DNA of 64,000 nt. Source: Nitrospirota bacterium (GTDB lineage Bacteria; Nitrospirota; UBA9217). This document shows, one piece after another, positions 1-11,065 of the stretch. Both the position numbers and the translations under genes were made by a program. The notes beneath the pieces are model-generated. The model made no database searches. It had not been told where the DNA came from and saw nothing but the letters and a program-made list of their open reading frames with translations. The stretch covers positions 160,001 through 224,000 of the forward strand of contig CAWFSF010000003.1 in NCBI GenBank assembly GCA_963818475.1, in the 5' to 3' direction. How positions within the stretch are numbered: the stretch's first letter is position 1; each line of letters begins with the position of its first letter.

Positions 1-5
1 CCTGG

Positions 6-296
6 TTATCTCAGACTGTGGCCGAGCTGTTTGAGGTTCGCAATGAGCGCGTAGTCGAGGAACAGGATGATCAGGATGGCGATCAGCGGCGAAAGGTCTA
101 TGCCTACCTTGTAGGGCGGCGCAAGTTTTCTGATCGGACGGAGCACCGGCTCGGTCAAGCGTGTCAGGGCCTGCACAATGGGGTTGTAGGGGTCGGGGTT
201 GACCCATGAGATGAGCGCCCGGATGATGATGATCCACTTGTAGATGTCAAGAACGACTTCCAGCACGCTGGCGATGCCGAGGATGATATTGCCCAT
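6..296 (-). CDS. yggT: YggT family membrane protein
   Basis: ISWVNPDPYNPIV...LTEPVLRPIR...GIDLSP motif; downstream of proC/yggS. Confidence 0.93.
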   Translation of the reverse strand: MGNIILGIASVLEVVLDIYKWIIIIRALISWVNPDPYNPIVQALTRLTEPVLRPIRKLAPPYKVGIDLSPLIAILIILFLDYALIANLKQLGHSLR

Positions 297-356
297 GTGT
301 TCTCCTTCGTAGTTAATTAATGCAAACGAATTAAATATTGTTACATCCAGGAAAGT

Positions 357-407
357 CCCCCCTCGCCCTACCCTCTCCCCGCTGGGGAGAGGACAAAGGT
401 GAGGGGC
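357..407. repeat. CCCCTCACCCTNCCCTCTCCCC...GGGGAGAGG...GGTGAGGGG palindromic repeat (copy 1 of 4)
   Basis: Imperfect palindrome; relatives at 43697-43741, 48037-48121, 55299-55347. Confidence 0.8.
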
Positions 408-458
408 AAATCAGTAACGAATCTAAATGCGTTTGTATTAGTTACGAATAAAATTTTA

Positions 459-611
459 CTCAAAACGGCTAGAATATTTTGCCACGAAGGCACGAAGACA
501 CAAAGTACGGCCTTAATCCAATTATTAAAACAGTAGCTTAAGCAAATTTCGTTTTTCTTCGTGACTTCGAGTCTTCGTGGCAAATTTTGGTTCCGGCTTG
601 TCCGGGTTAGG
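459..611 (-). mobile_element. Non-autonomous shell+core element (CCTAACCCGGACAAGCCGGAACC end, CACGAAG-unit inverted arms)
   Basis: Same outer ends as 1715-1888 and 28609-28757; arms 479-505 and 557-583. Confidence 0.7.
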
Positions 612-637
612 TATAGATAAAAAGCTTGAAAAGGTTC

Positions 638-780
638 TTTGACACTGAAGAAGCGGATTAACCTATGATAAAAGCGGATAAAGACCGAGTGTTTTTCTGT
701 TGAGACGTAGCCTGCGGGTGAATCCCTCTTAGATAGATCCGCAGTTATCCGATTTTTATCCGTGTAAATCCGTGTCAAAG
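638..780. repeat. CGGAT/ATCCG tandem-unit inverted repeat element
   Basis: Left arm GACACTGAAGAAGCGGATTAACCTATGATAAAAGCGGATAAA, right arm ATCCGCAGTTATCCGATTTTTATCCGTGTAAATCCGTGTC; closely similar arms at 6690-6830. Confidence 0.8.
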
Positions 781-792
781 GTCTTATTGAGC

Positions 793-1684
793 TTATCGTT
801 TCTTCACGTCTTTTTTTGCAGCTTTTTTCACGGCTTTTTTAACGCCACCCTTTGCCCTGGCAGCGCTCACGGTCTTCCCGCCGAGCTCCCTGCTCCTTCT
901 GGTCGCCGCTTCCACTGCGTTCATCAGCACTGCCCGGAGCTTCCCCTTCTCCAGCTCGTGCATGCCGGCGATGGTCGTGCCGCCGGGAGAGGTCACCATG
1001 TCCCTGAGTTTGGCAGGATGCTCTTTGGTGTCGAGCACCATCTTCGCCGAACCAAAGACCGTCTGAGCGGCAAGCTCCAGCGCCAAGCGGCCGGGGAATG
1101 CCGACCTTCACGCCTGCATCGGACAGGGCCTCGATGACCGTGAACACAAAGGCGGGACCGCTCCCGGAGAGCCCGGTCACCGCATCCATCAATTTTTCGT
1201 CAACAACGACCGCTCTGCCCACGGCACTGAAGATCTCCTGCGCCAGCGCCAGGTCCTCGTTCGTCGCGCTGCTTCCCTTTGCCAGGCCTGCTGCGCCGGA
1301 GAGCACCAGCGCGGGCGTGTTCGGCATCACGCGGATGACCCGGGGGTTGGCCGTGAGCGCCTGTTCCAGGCGGCTGATCGTGATGCCTGCGGCAATGGAG
1401 ATCACGAGCTTCGAGGAATCGGCAACACCCGCGATCTCCGCAAGCACGGCATCCATCACCTGGGGCTTCACGCAGAGCAGAACGATGTCCGCCCCCTGCA
1501 CCGCCTCCTGGTTGCTCTTCACCAGGTTGAGGTTGTATTTTTTGAGATAGTCGAGCCGCGCCGGAGACGTATCGGTCACCACTATCTGACGGGACTTCGC
1601 GACATCTGCCGACAGCATCCCCTTGATGAGCGCCTCGGCCATGTTCCCGCCGCCGAGGAAAGCGATCTTTTTATCTATTGCCAT
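793..1684 (-). CDS. proC: Pyrroline-5-carboxylate reductase (frameshift near 1085, probably sequencing error)
   Basis: GGGNMAEA Rossmann motif, [16 protein letters not shown]; C-terminal VTSPGGTT lies in another frame. Confidence 0.93.
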
Positions 1685-1714
1685 GAACCCTCCGGATATA
1701 CTAAGGAATCAAAC

Positions 1715-1888
1715 CTTCTCAAAACGGCAAGAAATTTTCTCGCAAAGGCGCAAAGGACGCCAAGAAAATCTTAAGCCACGACTTGCTTTTTGTTTTTAAA
1801 CCAGAAAAGATCTTGGTTCAAGGTTCCCTTTGCGCTCTTTGCGAGCTTTGCGAGAGACGCCTTTTTGTTCCAGCTTGTCCGGGTTAGG
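1715..1888 (-). mobile_element. Non-autonomous shell+core element (GCAAAG-unit inverted arms)
   Basis: Outer ends match 459-611; arms CGCAAAGGCGCAAAGGACGCCAAG / CTTTGCGCTCTTTGCGAGCTTTGCG. Confidence 0.7.
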
Positions 1889-1907
1889 GTGCAATCCGCA
1901 ATCAGAA

Positions 1908-2592
1908 CTACCTCTCCCCGAATATCGCCGTTCCCACCCTGACCAGGGTCGCGCCTTCTTCTATGGCAACCTCGAAATCTCCGCTCATGCCCATGGAAAG
2001 CTCTGCCATCGAAACACCGGGAATGTTCTCTTTATCTATACTAGACGAAAGTTCTCTCAGTTTTTTGAAATAAGGCCGCGAGTCCTCAGGCTTGTCCGAA
2101 TAGGGCGGCATGGTCATGAGCCCTTTGATCCTGATGTTCCTGAGCAAAGCTGCCCGCCTCACAAGATCTACCGCCTCGTCAATATCCACCCCTGCCTTGG
2201 CTGCCTCGCCCGCAATGCTCACCTCGATCAGCACGTCCTGGATTTTCCCGATCTTTGCCGCCTGCTTGTCGAGCTCGGCTGCAAGCTCCAGGTTGTCGAC
2301 GGAGTGGATGAGGTCGAAAAGCTTTACCGCATATTTCGCCTTGTTCGTCTGGAGATGGCCGATCAGATGCCAGCTGAGCACCCGGGCCGAGCTGCTCGAT
2401 CTTCTCTTTCGCTTCCTGCACCCGGTTCTCGCCGAGGACCGCTGCGCCGGAAGTCAGTGCTTCGCGGATTTTCTCGATGCCGACGGTCTTGGTAACGGTG
2501 ACGAGCGTGACCGATGCGGCGTCCCTGCCCGCCCGCTTCGCTGCTGCGGCGATCCTGTTCATCACTATCTTGAAGTTGTCCGCAATAGGCAT
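1908..2592 (-). CDS. yggS: YggS/PROSC PLP homeostasis protein (frameshift near 2380)
   Basis: VTKT, GENRVQE, WHLIGHLQTNK, LSMGMSGDFEVAIEEGATLVRVGTAIFGER across two frames. Confidence 0.93.
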
Positions 2593-2600
2593 AATGCAGT

Positions 2601-2686
2601 TTGCCACGAAGACACGAAGGCACGAAGAAGTCCCAACTGATCTTATTTAAATATTTTCTTCGTGTCTTAGTGCCTTCGTGGCGAAA
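2601..2686. repeat. CACGAAG-unit inverted repeat element
   Basis: GCCACGAAGACACGAAGGCACGAAGAA ... TTCTTCGTGTCTTAGTGCCTTCGTGGC around an AT-rich core. Confidence 0.8.
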
Positions 2687-2692
2687 GTGTTC

Positions 2693-3439
2693 TCAAGGTT
2701 TTATCATCACCGCCGACAGCATCCTGCCGGTCCGGCCCTCGGCACGGAACGAATAGAACAGGTCTTTTCTGCAGCACGTGCAGATCCCGAGCGAATGAAC
2801 GTTCTTTTCAGCCAGTCCGCTCTGCATCAGCTCCATGCCGGTTCAGCTTCACCAGGTCCAGCCCCCACTTGTCGTTGCCGCGGGAAACAGCGACCTCGTT
2901 CCAGAACAGGAAGTTCTGCCGCACCGGCCCCATCACCGGCTCGTCGACTTCGTAGCATTCCGGCCCGATCGCCGGACCGATGGCAGCGATCATGCGGGAA
3001 GGGTCGGAGCCGAACTCGTCCTGCATCCTGTGTATTGCCTTTTGCACGATCTTCTGCACCGTGCTGCGCCAGCCCGCGTGTACTGCCCCGATGGCAGGCG
3101 TGATCGGATCAATGAGCAGGACCGGAACGCAGTCGGCGGTCTCTATGCCGATGGCGATCCCGCGCGCGTTCGTGATCAGGCCGTCGGCCTGCGACTGAGC
3201 GCATGCTCCGAATAATTCTGTTCATCGACCGTAACGATGGCCTCGCCGTGCACCTGGTTCACCGTAACCAGCCGGTCGGGCGCGATGCCGAAGGCCGCTG
3301 CCACGGCATTCCAGTCGTCAGGAGACTTGATGCCGTTGTTCCTTGCGCCAAGACCGCCCTGCCGCGTGGTGAAAGCATGCTGGATGCCGTCGATGTTGTT
3401 AAGCGCGGGAATGGTTATAGAGCTGGTCGTATACTTCAT
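2693..3439 (-). CDS. pgeF: Peptidoglycan editing factor PgeF/YfiH (purine nucleoside phosphorylase-like), frameshifted
   Basis: FTTRQGG, NQVHG, TADCVP, HAGWR, IGPAIGPECYEV, CTCC..LFYSFR across three frames. Confidence 0.9.
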
Positions 3440-3625
3440 GTGACTCTGATTTGCAATGAAATTCCGTAACTATTCCAAGCATGAATCGGTCAAATAACCT
3501 TTCCACAGATCGTGCGAATTTACTTATGATAAGATCGTGTTTAAGGTCCTGTCCATTTCCGCGAGAATTCGCTTTTTATTCGACGTGATCCGTGTAAAAA
3601 ACTCTCAGTGTCTTCGGTGCTTGTC

Positions 3626-5355
3626 CTACTCACACACCCCGCAGGTCTTGCACGAACCGACCCTGCAGACCGGCGTGAATTTGCCTTCCAGCGCCCGCTC
3701 GCGTTCGTTCATAAGATAATCTTTCCGAACTCCGATGTCAATAAAATCCCATGGCAGGGCCTCGTTAAAGGCGCGCTGCCGCGTAACGTAGAAGTCCATG
3801 TCCATGCCGAGCTCTTTGGCCGCCTGCTTCCAGTCCCCCTGCTTCTCGTGAGCAAGCCGGATCAGTCTGCCGATCCGCCGGTCGCCGCGCGAAAGCAAGC
3901 GCCTGGACATATTCCCACTTCGGGAGGTCATGGATCATGTTCATGTTCCCGATCGTGCGCACTGCTTTTTCGAGCAGCCGCTGTTTTTTCTTCAGGCTTT
4001 CGACGGCCTCCATGGGGTCCCACTGGAAGGGAGTGCAGGGTTTCGGCACAAAGGAGTTCACCGAGAGCGTGATCCTGCCGATCCTGCCTGCGGGGCGCGC
4101 ATGCTTAAGCTGGACGTCGCGGACCTTCAGCGCAAGCGTGATGATCTCGTCCACGTCTTCCTGCGTTTCCGTCGGCAGGCCCAGGATGAAATAAAGCTTG
4201 AGGTTCGGGATGCCGCTGCCGAAGACCAGGTCTGCTGCGCGCAGGATATCGTCCTCGGTCACGCCCTTGTTGATCACCTTCCTGAGCCGCTCGGACCCAG
4301 CTTCCGGCGCGATCGCAATGGTCTTGTGCCCGCTCGCCGCCAGGCGGTCGATGAGCGCCTGGCTCACCGAATCCGCGCGGAGCGACGAGACCGACAGGCC
4401 GCCTTCGATGGCGGAGCAGAGCTCGCCGATGGCGGGATAGTCCGACAGCGCTGCCCCGACGAGCCCGATCTTGCCGCACTGCTCAGCAGCCTTTGCAGCC
4501 TGTTGCTTCGCTTCGTCGATACCGAGGTTCCGCGGCGGAAGATAGATATACCCGGCCATGCAGAACCGGCAGTGCCTGCCGCAGCCGCGCGTGATCTCCG
4601 AAAGGTACATGTCGCTGAACTCGGTGTTCGGCGTGAGGATGACCGTTGCAGCCGGCGCCCGGTTAAAATCCTGAGGCCCTGCGTTTGACGATCGTCTCCG
4701 GCGCGGACGGCTCGAGCAGCGTCCGTTCTTTGATGGTGTTGTCGTCCTGATAGACCACATCGTAGAATTCCGGGACATAGACCCCGGGGATCCGGCACAA
4801 GGCCCGAAGCAGGTCGAGGCGGCCGCGCTCCCTGTTCTCTTTATAGACCTGCACGAACTCGCCGGCTACCTCTTCGCCCTCGCCCACGATCACGACGTCA
4901 AAGAAATCCGCGAGCGGTTCGGGATTGAAAAAGGAGCAGATGCCGCCGAGGATCACGAGCGGATCGTCTTCTGTTCGTTCCCTTTTGTCCGGCGGAATGC
5001 CGGAGAGCCGCAGCATTTCCAGGATATTGAGATAGTCCTGTTCAAAGGAGACGGAGAAGGCGAGGACGTCGAACTCCCGGACCGGCCGCTTGCTCTCCAG
5101 GCTGTACAGCCGGGTGTTGCTCTTGGCGTACTCTTCGATATCTTCTTCATCGGGAAGGAACACGCGTTCGCATGCCGTGTCAGCGCGGCGGTTCAGGATG
5201 GAATAGATCTGGTGCATGCCGAGGTTCGACATGCCCACGTGGTAGGTGTTCGGATAGGCAAGCGCGATCGCCACGCCGGCGTCGCGCGCCTTGTAGATGG
5301 TCCCGCGCTCGGCTGCAAGCAGGGCGTCGGTTTTATCGAAGAGCTTTCGTGACAT
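3626..5355 (-). CDS. B12-binding-domain radical SAM protein (TIGR03960-like), frameshifted
   Basis: YPNTYHVGMSNLG, EITRGCGRHCRFC, C-terminal PWDFID...CRVGSCKTCGVC; split over three ORFs. Confidence 0.85.
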
Positions 5356-5361
5356 GCGGGG

Positions 5362-5390
5362 ATTATACTATGGTTGCGGGGATTGGGCAA
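5362..5390 (-). promoter_or_regulatory. Sigma70-like promoter, probably giving a leaderless mRNA
   Basis: TTGCCC-17-TATAAT, ending 6 nt before the ATG at 5355. Confidence 0.6.
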
Positions 5391-5414
5391 AGAATTTCAG
5401 ACGAAAACGGCGTT

Positions 5415-5555
5415 TTGGACGCGGATTTACGCGGATTTTCGCGGATAAAAACGGCTAAAGATATTTCAGCCACGAAGGCACGAGACATCTGAAGAACATC
5501 TTTAACTTACCTGTAAAAAGATCCGCTTTCAGCAGTTCTTCGTGCCTCGTGCCAA
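5415..5555. repeat. Nested GCGGAT-unit and CACGAAG-unit repeat arms
   Basis: GCGGATTTAC GCGGATTTTC GCGGAT; GCCACGAAGGCACGAG ... TTCTTCGTGCCTCGTG. Confidence 0.7.
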
Positions 5556-5582
5556 AGGACGTTTCAGACTGGCGTCGATTCA

Positions 5583-6491
5583 TCACGGCGGGCACTTGGC
5601 GCAGACCGAGGTGAAGAGCGCTGTGCTGAGGTAGCGGTCGCCGCGGTCGGGCAGGACCACCACGATGGTGCCGCGGTCGAGCCGGCTCGCCATGGTGAGG
5701 GCGCCGTACACGGCAGCGCCGCTGCTCATGCCCGCGAAGATGCCTTCCTCCAGCGCAAGGCGCCGGGTGGTCGTGAACGCGTTGTCGTCATTCACGCTGA
5801 CGATCTCGTCGGGGAAGGCGGGGTCGTAGATCTTCGGAACAATGGACTCCTGCATGTTCTTGAGCCCCTGCACCTTGTGGCCCAGAAGCGGCTCGACGCC
5901 CACCACCCGGATGCCGCTCCGAAACTCCTTCAGCCGCTTGCCCACGCCCATGAGCGTGCCGGTCGTGCCCATGCCGGCAACGAAGACGTCGATGGCGCCG
6001 TTCGTCTGGTCGATGATCTCGCGCCCCGTGGTCTCGTAGTGCGCCCTGATGTTGGCGGGATTGTCGAACTGGTTCGGCATGAAGTAGCGGCCCGGCCGCT
6101 CCTCCACCAAGGCCCGGGCGCGCTTGATCGCGCCGTCGGTGGCCTCGCACCCCGGGCTCAGGATCAGCTCGGCGCCGAAGGCCTCGAGGATCTTCCGCCG
6201 CTCCTGGCTGACGCACTCGGGCATGACCAGGACCACCTTGTATCCCAGGGCCGCGCCGACCATGGCAAGACCGATGCCGGTGTTGCCCGACGTGGCCTCC
6301 AGGATGGTGTCGCCCTTTTTGATATGCCCCGCTTGCTCGGCATCCCGGATCATTGCCAGCGCGATGCGGTCCTTGACCGAACCGCCGGGATTATTGCCTT
6401 CCAGCTTGGCAAAGACCGTTACCGCTTTATTCGTGTTCAGCTTTTCCAGTTTCACGAGCGGGGTGTTGCCGATGCAGTCAAGAACTCCCAT
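5583..6491 (-). CDS. cysM: Cysteine synthase B-like (PLP)
   Basis: IGNTPLV, KLEGNNPGGSVKDR, EATSGNTG, GMGTTGT; start at MGVLDC with GGAAGG RBS. Confidence 0.92.
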   Translation of the reverse strand: MGVLDCIGNTPLVKLEKLNTNKAVTVFAKLEGNNPGGSVKDRIALAMIRDAEQAGHIKKGDTILEATSGNTGIGLAMVGAALGYKVVLVMPECVSQERRKILEAFGAELILSPGCEATDGAIKRARALVEERPGRYFMPNQFDNPANIRAHYETTGREIIDQTNGAIDVFVAGMGTTGTLMGVGKRLKEFRSGIRVVGVEPLLGHKVQGLKNMQESIVPKIYDPAFPDEIVSVNDDNAFTTTRRLALEEGIFAGMSSGAAVYGALTMASRLDRGTIVVVLPDRGDRYLSTALFTSVCAKCPP

Positions 6492-6663
6492 AGCCTTCCT
6501 TTGTGGTCCTGCGAGATGCCGATGGCGGCGTGCTCCGGCGGGACAGTACGCGGAATGTGCGACCTGAACGATCGTAGGGAAATATACCAGTTTTGGAGGG
6601 AGGTGAAAAGCAATTTCTTGTATCGCAGGTTCAGCCCTGCTTTTAAACCTAAAAAAACATTGG

Positions 6664-6935
6664 AACACGGATAAACCTGAAAAAAGCCTTTGGACACGGA
6701 AGGAGCGGATTAACTCCGGATAAAAGCGGATAAATCGATAATCACTGCATTTACCTAATGGGTGAACTACATATCAGGGAAAGATCCGCTGTTATCCGAC
6801 CCTTATCCGATTTGATCCGTGTCAAAAGCCGTTTTTAGGATTAATTCTGAAAGCCTACCCACCATTTTGGTGATGTGACTTTAGTTCCTAAACTACCGAT
6901 TTTTCCTTGTGATCTCTGCGTTCTCTGGCGGCTAA
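6664..6935. repeat. CGGAT-unit inverted element plus orphan CTCTGCG right arm
   Basis: Arms closely similar to those of 638-780; GATCTCTGCGTTCTCTGGCGG at ~6911-6931. Confidence 0.75.
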
Positions 6936-6949
6936 CAACTCTTTTTAGG

Positions 6950-7432
6950 TTAACAGGTATTCGTGTTTTTTTCCCGCACTCGCGGCCTGCTTTTTTCTTT
7001 GACCGCGATCTTTTCCCATGGCGCAACCTCGCCCGGCACGACATGGAACAGCGGGTGGCACTCCGGTCCTGCAAGGTTCCTGAGGCCCCGGTACTTCTCC
7101 GGGTCCCGAGTCCGCAATTTTGACAGAAGATGGGTGATCTCGCAGGCCAACTGTCCCTGCGTGACCGGCAGAGGCTTCCGGAGCCGGCCGCTGCCGATCT
7201 TCGTCCGGTCAAACGAGAATCCCCGCGACAGCGCCTCATCATGAACTGCACGGAGATAGGATGCGATGGCTGACTGCGGAGAGCGGACAGCCCGGAACCG
7301 TTCCAGCTGCGGATGATGGCGGTAGCCCCGGATCCCGCCCTGCAGCACCTTCTGCGCAAGAAGCGCTTCGCGCCAGAGCGCCACAAGACCGCGGGAATCG
7401 AGATAGCGGGGATGGAGGGACCAGAGCCTCAT
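6950..7432 (-). CDS. Pyrimidine dimer DNA glycosylase / T4 endonuclease V-like protein
   Basis: MRLWSLHPRYLD..GLVALWREALLAQKVL.G...GY.HHPQL.RF family signature. Confidence 0.85.
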   Translation of the reverse strand: MRLWSLHPRYLDSRGLVALWREALLAQKVLQGGIRGYRHHPQLERFRAVRSPQSAIASYLRAVHDEALSRGFSFDRTKIGSGRLRKPLPVTQGQLACEITHLLSKLRTRDPEKYRGLRNLAGPECHPLFHVVPGEVAPWEKIAVKEKSRPRVREKNTNTC

Positions 7433-7478
7433 GGATGGGTTCCTGGATGACAACGACAGACAACGCTGAAAAGAACTT

Positions 7479-7610
7479 TGGCCGCAGATAACATCTGATA
7501 AACGCGATTAAGATAAGTAACGAAGTCTTTTGATACTCAAAAAAGATTCATCTTTGTTGTTCGGTTCTTTTCACCTTTTCGGTTTTTTTATCTGCGACAA
7601 TCTGCGGCCA
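7479..7610. repeat. GCAGAT-unit inverted repeat element
   Basis: GGCCGCAGATAACATCTGATAAACGCGAT ... TTATCTGCGACAATCTGCGGCC. Confidence 0.7.
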
Positions 7611-9949
7611 ACAGTCTTTTCCGGTTCGTCAGCTGTCCAGCTCTGCGCGCACTTTCCGCAGAAGCTCTTCCAGCCGACCGGCTTGACCATGACCGGCGTC
7701 CCCGGTTCGACCAGGCCCCTCGCCACCATGACGTCGGCTGGATAGCCGCTCAGGAACAGGGCCCTGACCTCGGGGCGAAAGATCCTGATCTTGTCATAGG
7801 CTTCGCGGCCGGTCTTCTTCGGCATGACGACGTCCAGGAGCAGCAGTTTCACCCGGTCCTGGTGTTCCATGAACCGGTTCACCGCCTCCTCGCCGTCGCT
7901 TGCCTCGATAACGCTGTAGCCGTACTGAGAAAGAATGGCGGTCATGACCTGCCGGACGACTTCGTCATCTTCCGCCACCAGCACGGTCTCGGTGCCGCCG
8001 ATGATCGCGGCGCCCGGCGCGGGAATTCCCGCGTCCGCTGCCCGCGCAAGGGGCAGATAGACCTTGAAGGTGGTTCCCCTGCCGGGCGCGCCGATGACGC
8101 TGATCGCGCCGTTGTGCTGCTTGATGATGCCGTAGGCGATCGACAAGCCGAGGCCGCTCCCCGACCCCCGCTCCCTGGTCGTGAAGAAGGGCTCGAAGAT
8201 GCGCGCACGGGTCGCGTCATCCATCCCCTTGCCGGTGTCGGTCAGCGTGACGACGGCATAGGAGGCTTTCTCCAGGCCGTGCTCTGCGGCAAACGCTGCA
8301 TCAACGTCCTCCACGTCGGTCTCGATAAAGAGATAGCCCCCGCCCGCCATGGCCTCCCGCGCGTTCCTCGCTATGTTTATGAGCACCTGCTCGATCTGGA
8401 CCGCATCGGCCAGGACCGTCGGGTCTTTGTCCGTCAGCAGCATCTTCAGTTCGATGTCCTCGCCGATCAGCCGCTTGAGAAAATCCCCGACCCGGTTCAC
8501 GATCTCGTTCAGGTTCGCCGGCACGGGGTAAAGCAGCTGCTTGCGGCCGTAGGCCAGCAGGCCCTGCGTCAGCGTGGCTGCCCGGTTCGCCGCGGTCATC
8601 ATCTGCGCGACATAGGTCCGCAGCGGCTCGTTGTCGGCAAGCTTCGCCATCAGCAGGCTTCCATAGCCGGTGATGGCCGTCAGGATATTGTTAAAATCGT
8701 GGGCAATGCCTCCGGCCAGCGCGCCGAGGGACTCCATCTTCTGCGATTGGCGCAGCTGTTCTTCGAGCTTCGCGCGCTCCGAGAGGTCGATGCCGGTGGG
8801 GATCACATACTCCACCTCGTTCGACCCGTTCAGCAGCGCCGTGTTTGACCAGGCGATCAGCTTGCGCTTCCCGTCCTTCGTGATCCAGCAGTTCTCGTAC
8901 CTGCTCGGGAACATGCCGGCGGTCAGGTTCGCAAAGACGTTCTTGATCCCGGGGACCTGCTCGGGCGGTATCAGGAAATCCCAGACGTGCCTGCCGAGCA
9001 CTTCCGCTGCCGTATAGCCGCTCACCTCTTCGCAGGCATGGTTGAACCGGACGATGGTCCCGGTCCGGTCGAGGACCAGGACCATGGCGCCGACGATGTC
9101 CAGGACCTTGGCGATGAAGTCACGCTCTTTTTTGAGCTCCTCCTCGGCTGCGCGGCGCTGCGTCACATCGCGCGTGACCGCCAGCAGCGCGATGATCTTG
9201 TTCTTTTCATCGCGAAGCGGCACGGCGTGGGTTTCGAGCCTCAGCTTTCCTCCTCGTAAACCGACCATCTCGAACTCGAGCCTGCCGGTCTTTCCCTGGA
9301 ACACCTCATGGAGCAGCGCGGTAAACGGCTCGCGATGTCCGGCTGCAATGAGCGGCCCGAGAGCATGCCCCCGGACCTGCTCCAGTGAATCGGCCTCGAT
9401 CATGTCGAGCCCGGCCCGGTTCATCATCAGCAGCGAGCCGTCCTCGGCGACGAGCTTCACGCATTCCGGTTCCGTATCGATGATGGTCTGCAAAAAGGTG
9501 CGGCTGTTGCGCAGCTCCCGCTCCGCCTGCTCCCGGGCCGTGATGTCCTTGACCATGGAGACGTAGCCTTGCACCGCGCCCGAGGCGTCGCGCAGCACGG
9601 ACGTGTGCCAGTCGCAGACCAGGGCAGCGCCGTCCTTGCTGACGCATTTCAGCACCGCGGAGCCGGAATCGCCGTTCGGGAGGAGCGCTGTCTGCAGCGG
9701 TTCCGGGGCGGCGTCCTCGGACAGGGACGGCATCAGGACCGACGCGTGCTTTCCCTCTATCTCGTCAGCGGACCAGCCGAAGATGCGCTCGGCCGTCCTG
9801 TTCCATTCGAGCACGAGCAGGTCCCGGTCCCACACAATGTACCCGAGCGGCATGTTCCGGATCGTGAGCGCCAGCTGCGCCTCGGCATCGATCAGTCGGC
9901 CTCGCTTTTCGATGCTCGTCATAGTGCCCTGTTTTTCATTCGGCGTCAT
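7571..9949 (-). CDS. Hybrid sensor histidine kinase/response regulator with 3 PAS domains (3' end probably frameshifted)
   Basis: PAS x3, [11 protein letters not shown]-box, FFTT..GSGLGL, receiver LLDVVMP. Confidence 0.9.
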   Translation of the reverse strand: MTPNEKQGTMTSIEKRGRLIDAEAQLALTIRNMPLGYIVWDRDLLVLEWNRTAERIFGWSADEIEGKHASVLMPSLSEDAAPEPLQTALLPNGDSGSAVLKCVSKDGAALVCDWHTSVLRDASGAVQGYVSMVKDITAREQAERELRNSRTFLQTIIDTEPECVKLVAEDGSLLMMNRAGLDMIEADSLEQVRGHALGPLIAAGHREPFTALLHEVFQGKTGRLEFEMVGLRGGKLRLETHAVPLRDEKNKIIALLAVTRDVTQRRAAEEELKKERDFIAKVLDIVGAMVLVLDRTGTIVRFNHACEEVSGYTAAEVLGRHVWDFLIPPEQVPGIKNVFANLTAGMFPSRYENCWITKDGKRKLIAWSNTALLNGSNEVEYVIPTGIDLSERAKLEEQLRQSQKMESLGALAGGIAHDFNNILTAITGYGSLLMAKLADNEPLRTYVAQMMTAANRAATLTQGLLAYGRKQLLYPVPANLNEIVNRVGDFLKRLIGEDIELKMLLTDKDPTVLADAVQIEQVLINIARNAREAMAGGGYLFIETDVEDVDAAFAAEHGLEKASYAVVTLTDTGKGMDDATRARIFEPFFTTRERGSGSGLGLSIAYGIIKQHNGAISVIGAPGRGTTFKVYLPLARAADAGIPAPGAAIIGGTETVLVAEDDEVVRQVMTAILSQYGYSVIEASDGEEAVNRFMEHQDRVKLLLLDVVMPKKTGREAYDKIRIFRPEVRALFLSGYPADVMVARGLVEPGTPVMVKPVGWKSFCGKCAQSWTADEPEKTVGRRLSQIKKPKR

Positions 9950-9977
9950 AAGCAAAGGTCCTGTGCGGTTTGTTATT

Positions 9978-10006
9978 GTAGGGGCGGGTTTAAAACCCGC
10001 CCCTAC
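9978..10006. repeat. GTAG-type REP palindrome
   Basis: GTAGGGGCGGGTTT-A-AAACCCGCCCCTAC perfect 14-bp stem. Confidence 0.8.
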
Positions 10007-10087
10007 GAGGGCAAGGCCATACTGAAAATATACCAGAAAAAACGCTATTTGGCGCAGGGTGTTGCCTTCTTGACGGGGTGGGAAAGC

Positions 10088-10861
10088 TCAGAGGGAGAAC
10101 AGGTCGGAGACAGCGTAGCGGTCGGCAGTATAGAGCCTGATGTGCCCGGCAACAACTTCGCGGTGGGTCTTGAGTGCCACGTCGGGCCGGTTGTTCTTGT
10201 CGGAAAGATGGGACAAACAGGCCCACTTGAGACGGCCTGCTTCGCCGGCGCGGCGCAGGACCTCGGCAGCCTCGTGGTTCGAAATGTGGCCCTTGGGACC
10301 CTTGATCCGCTGTTTGAGAAAAGCGGGATAGGGCCCGTTAGCAAGCATGTCGGGATCGTAGTTGCTTTCGAGGAACACCGCGTCGAGGGAGGAAACGAGG
10401 TGAATGAGGTCTTTGAACACGTGGCCCAGGTCGGTCATGACGCCCAGCCGTTTTGCGCCCGCCTCGATCACAAAGACCGAGCCGTCCACGGCGTCGTGCG
10501 GCGTCGAGATGGTGTGGACCTGGACCTCGCCGAACTTGAGCCGGTCGCCCGACCGGAAGGAACGGACATCCTTCAGCTTGCCGAGCGTGCTGCTGCGCGA
10601 CGCTGCCGCGGCGAGCGTTGCCGGCGTGACGTAGATCGGCAGGCCGAACTTGCGCTGGAACACGCCCGCATGGCCGATATGGTCGCCGTGGTCGTGCGAG
10701 ATGATGACCGCATCCACCTTCCGGATGTCGCGGCCGTGCTTTGCCAGCCGCTCGGCGGCCTGAACGCCGGTGATGCCCGCGTCGAGCAGAAGCCTGACGC
10801 CGCAGGTCTCGACGTAGATGCAGTTGCCGCTGCTGCCCGACTGGAGTGAGATGGCGATCAT
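10088..10861 (-). CDS. MBL-fold metallo-hydrolase (YycJ/WalJ-like)
   Basis: SGSSGNC, SHDHGDH, TPHDA, TDLGH, ESNYD, GHISN, HLS. Confidence 0.9.
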   Translation of the reverse strand: MIAISLQSGSSGNCIYVETCGVRLLLDAGITGVQAAERLAKHGRDIRKVDAVIISHDHGDHIGHAGVFQRKFGLPIYVTPATLAAAASRSSTLGKLKDVRSFRSGDRLKFGEVQVHTISTPHDAVDGSVFVIEAGAKRLGVMTDLGHVFKDLIHLVSSLDAVFLESNYDPDMLANGPYPAFLKQRIKGPKGHISNHEAAEVLRRAGEAGRLKWACLSHLSDKNNRPDVALKTHREVVAGHIRLYTADRYAVSDLFSL

Positions 10862-10868
10862 GGTCGGC

Positions 10869-10897
10869 ACTGTAACAGGGCATCGGAAGATTGTCAA
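10869..10897 (-). promoter_or_regulatory. Sigma70-like promoter, probably leaderless
   Basis: TTGACA-17-TACAGT, 7 nt before the ATG at 10861. Confidence 0.65.
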
Positions 10898-11065
10898 CGG
10901 GGAATGCGGGGGATCAGCCGGAAAAGAGCATTTGGACGCGGATAAAGACAGATAAACATTTTGAGACTAAACAGGTAACGTCTCTCTTCGGGCGGGAGGC
11001 AGTGCAGATAGATCATCGTCGTCCTGATGTCCGCATGGCTTAGGAGCGTCTGGATCGTGCGGAGG

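Noticed and set aside
297-790. Clustered repeats and ORF 368-778 as a CRISPR array or a gene
   Set aside because: The repeats are inverted and heterogeneous rather than regularly spaced direct repeats, and there are no cas genes. The ORF is just a translation of repeat DNA.
5877-6674. Long antisense ORFs (e.g. 5877-6674, 9569-10849, 16545-17906, 29498-30589, 35270-36574, 55931-57142)
   Set aside because: Shadow frames of high-GC genes that have clear homology on the opposite strand.
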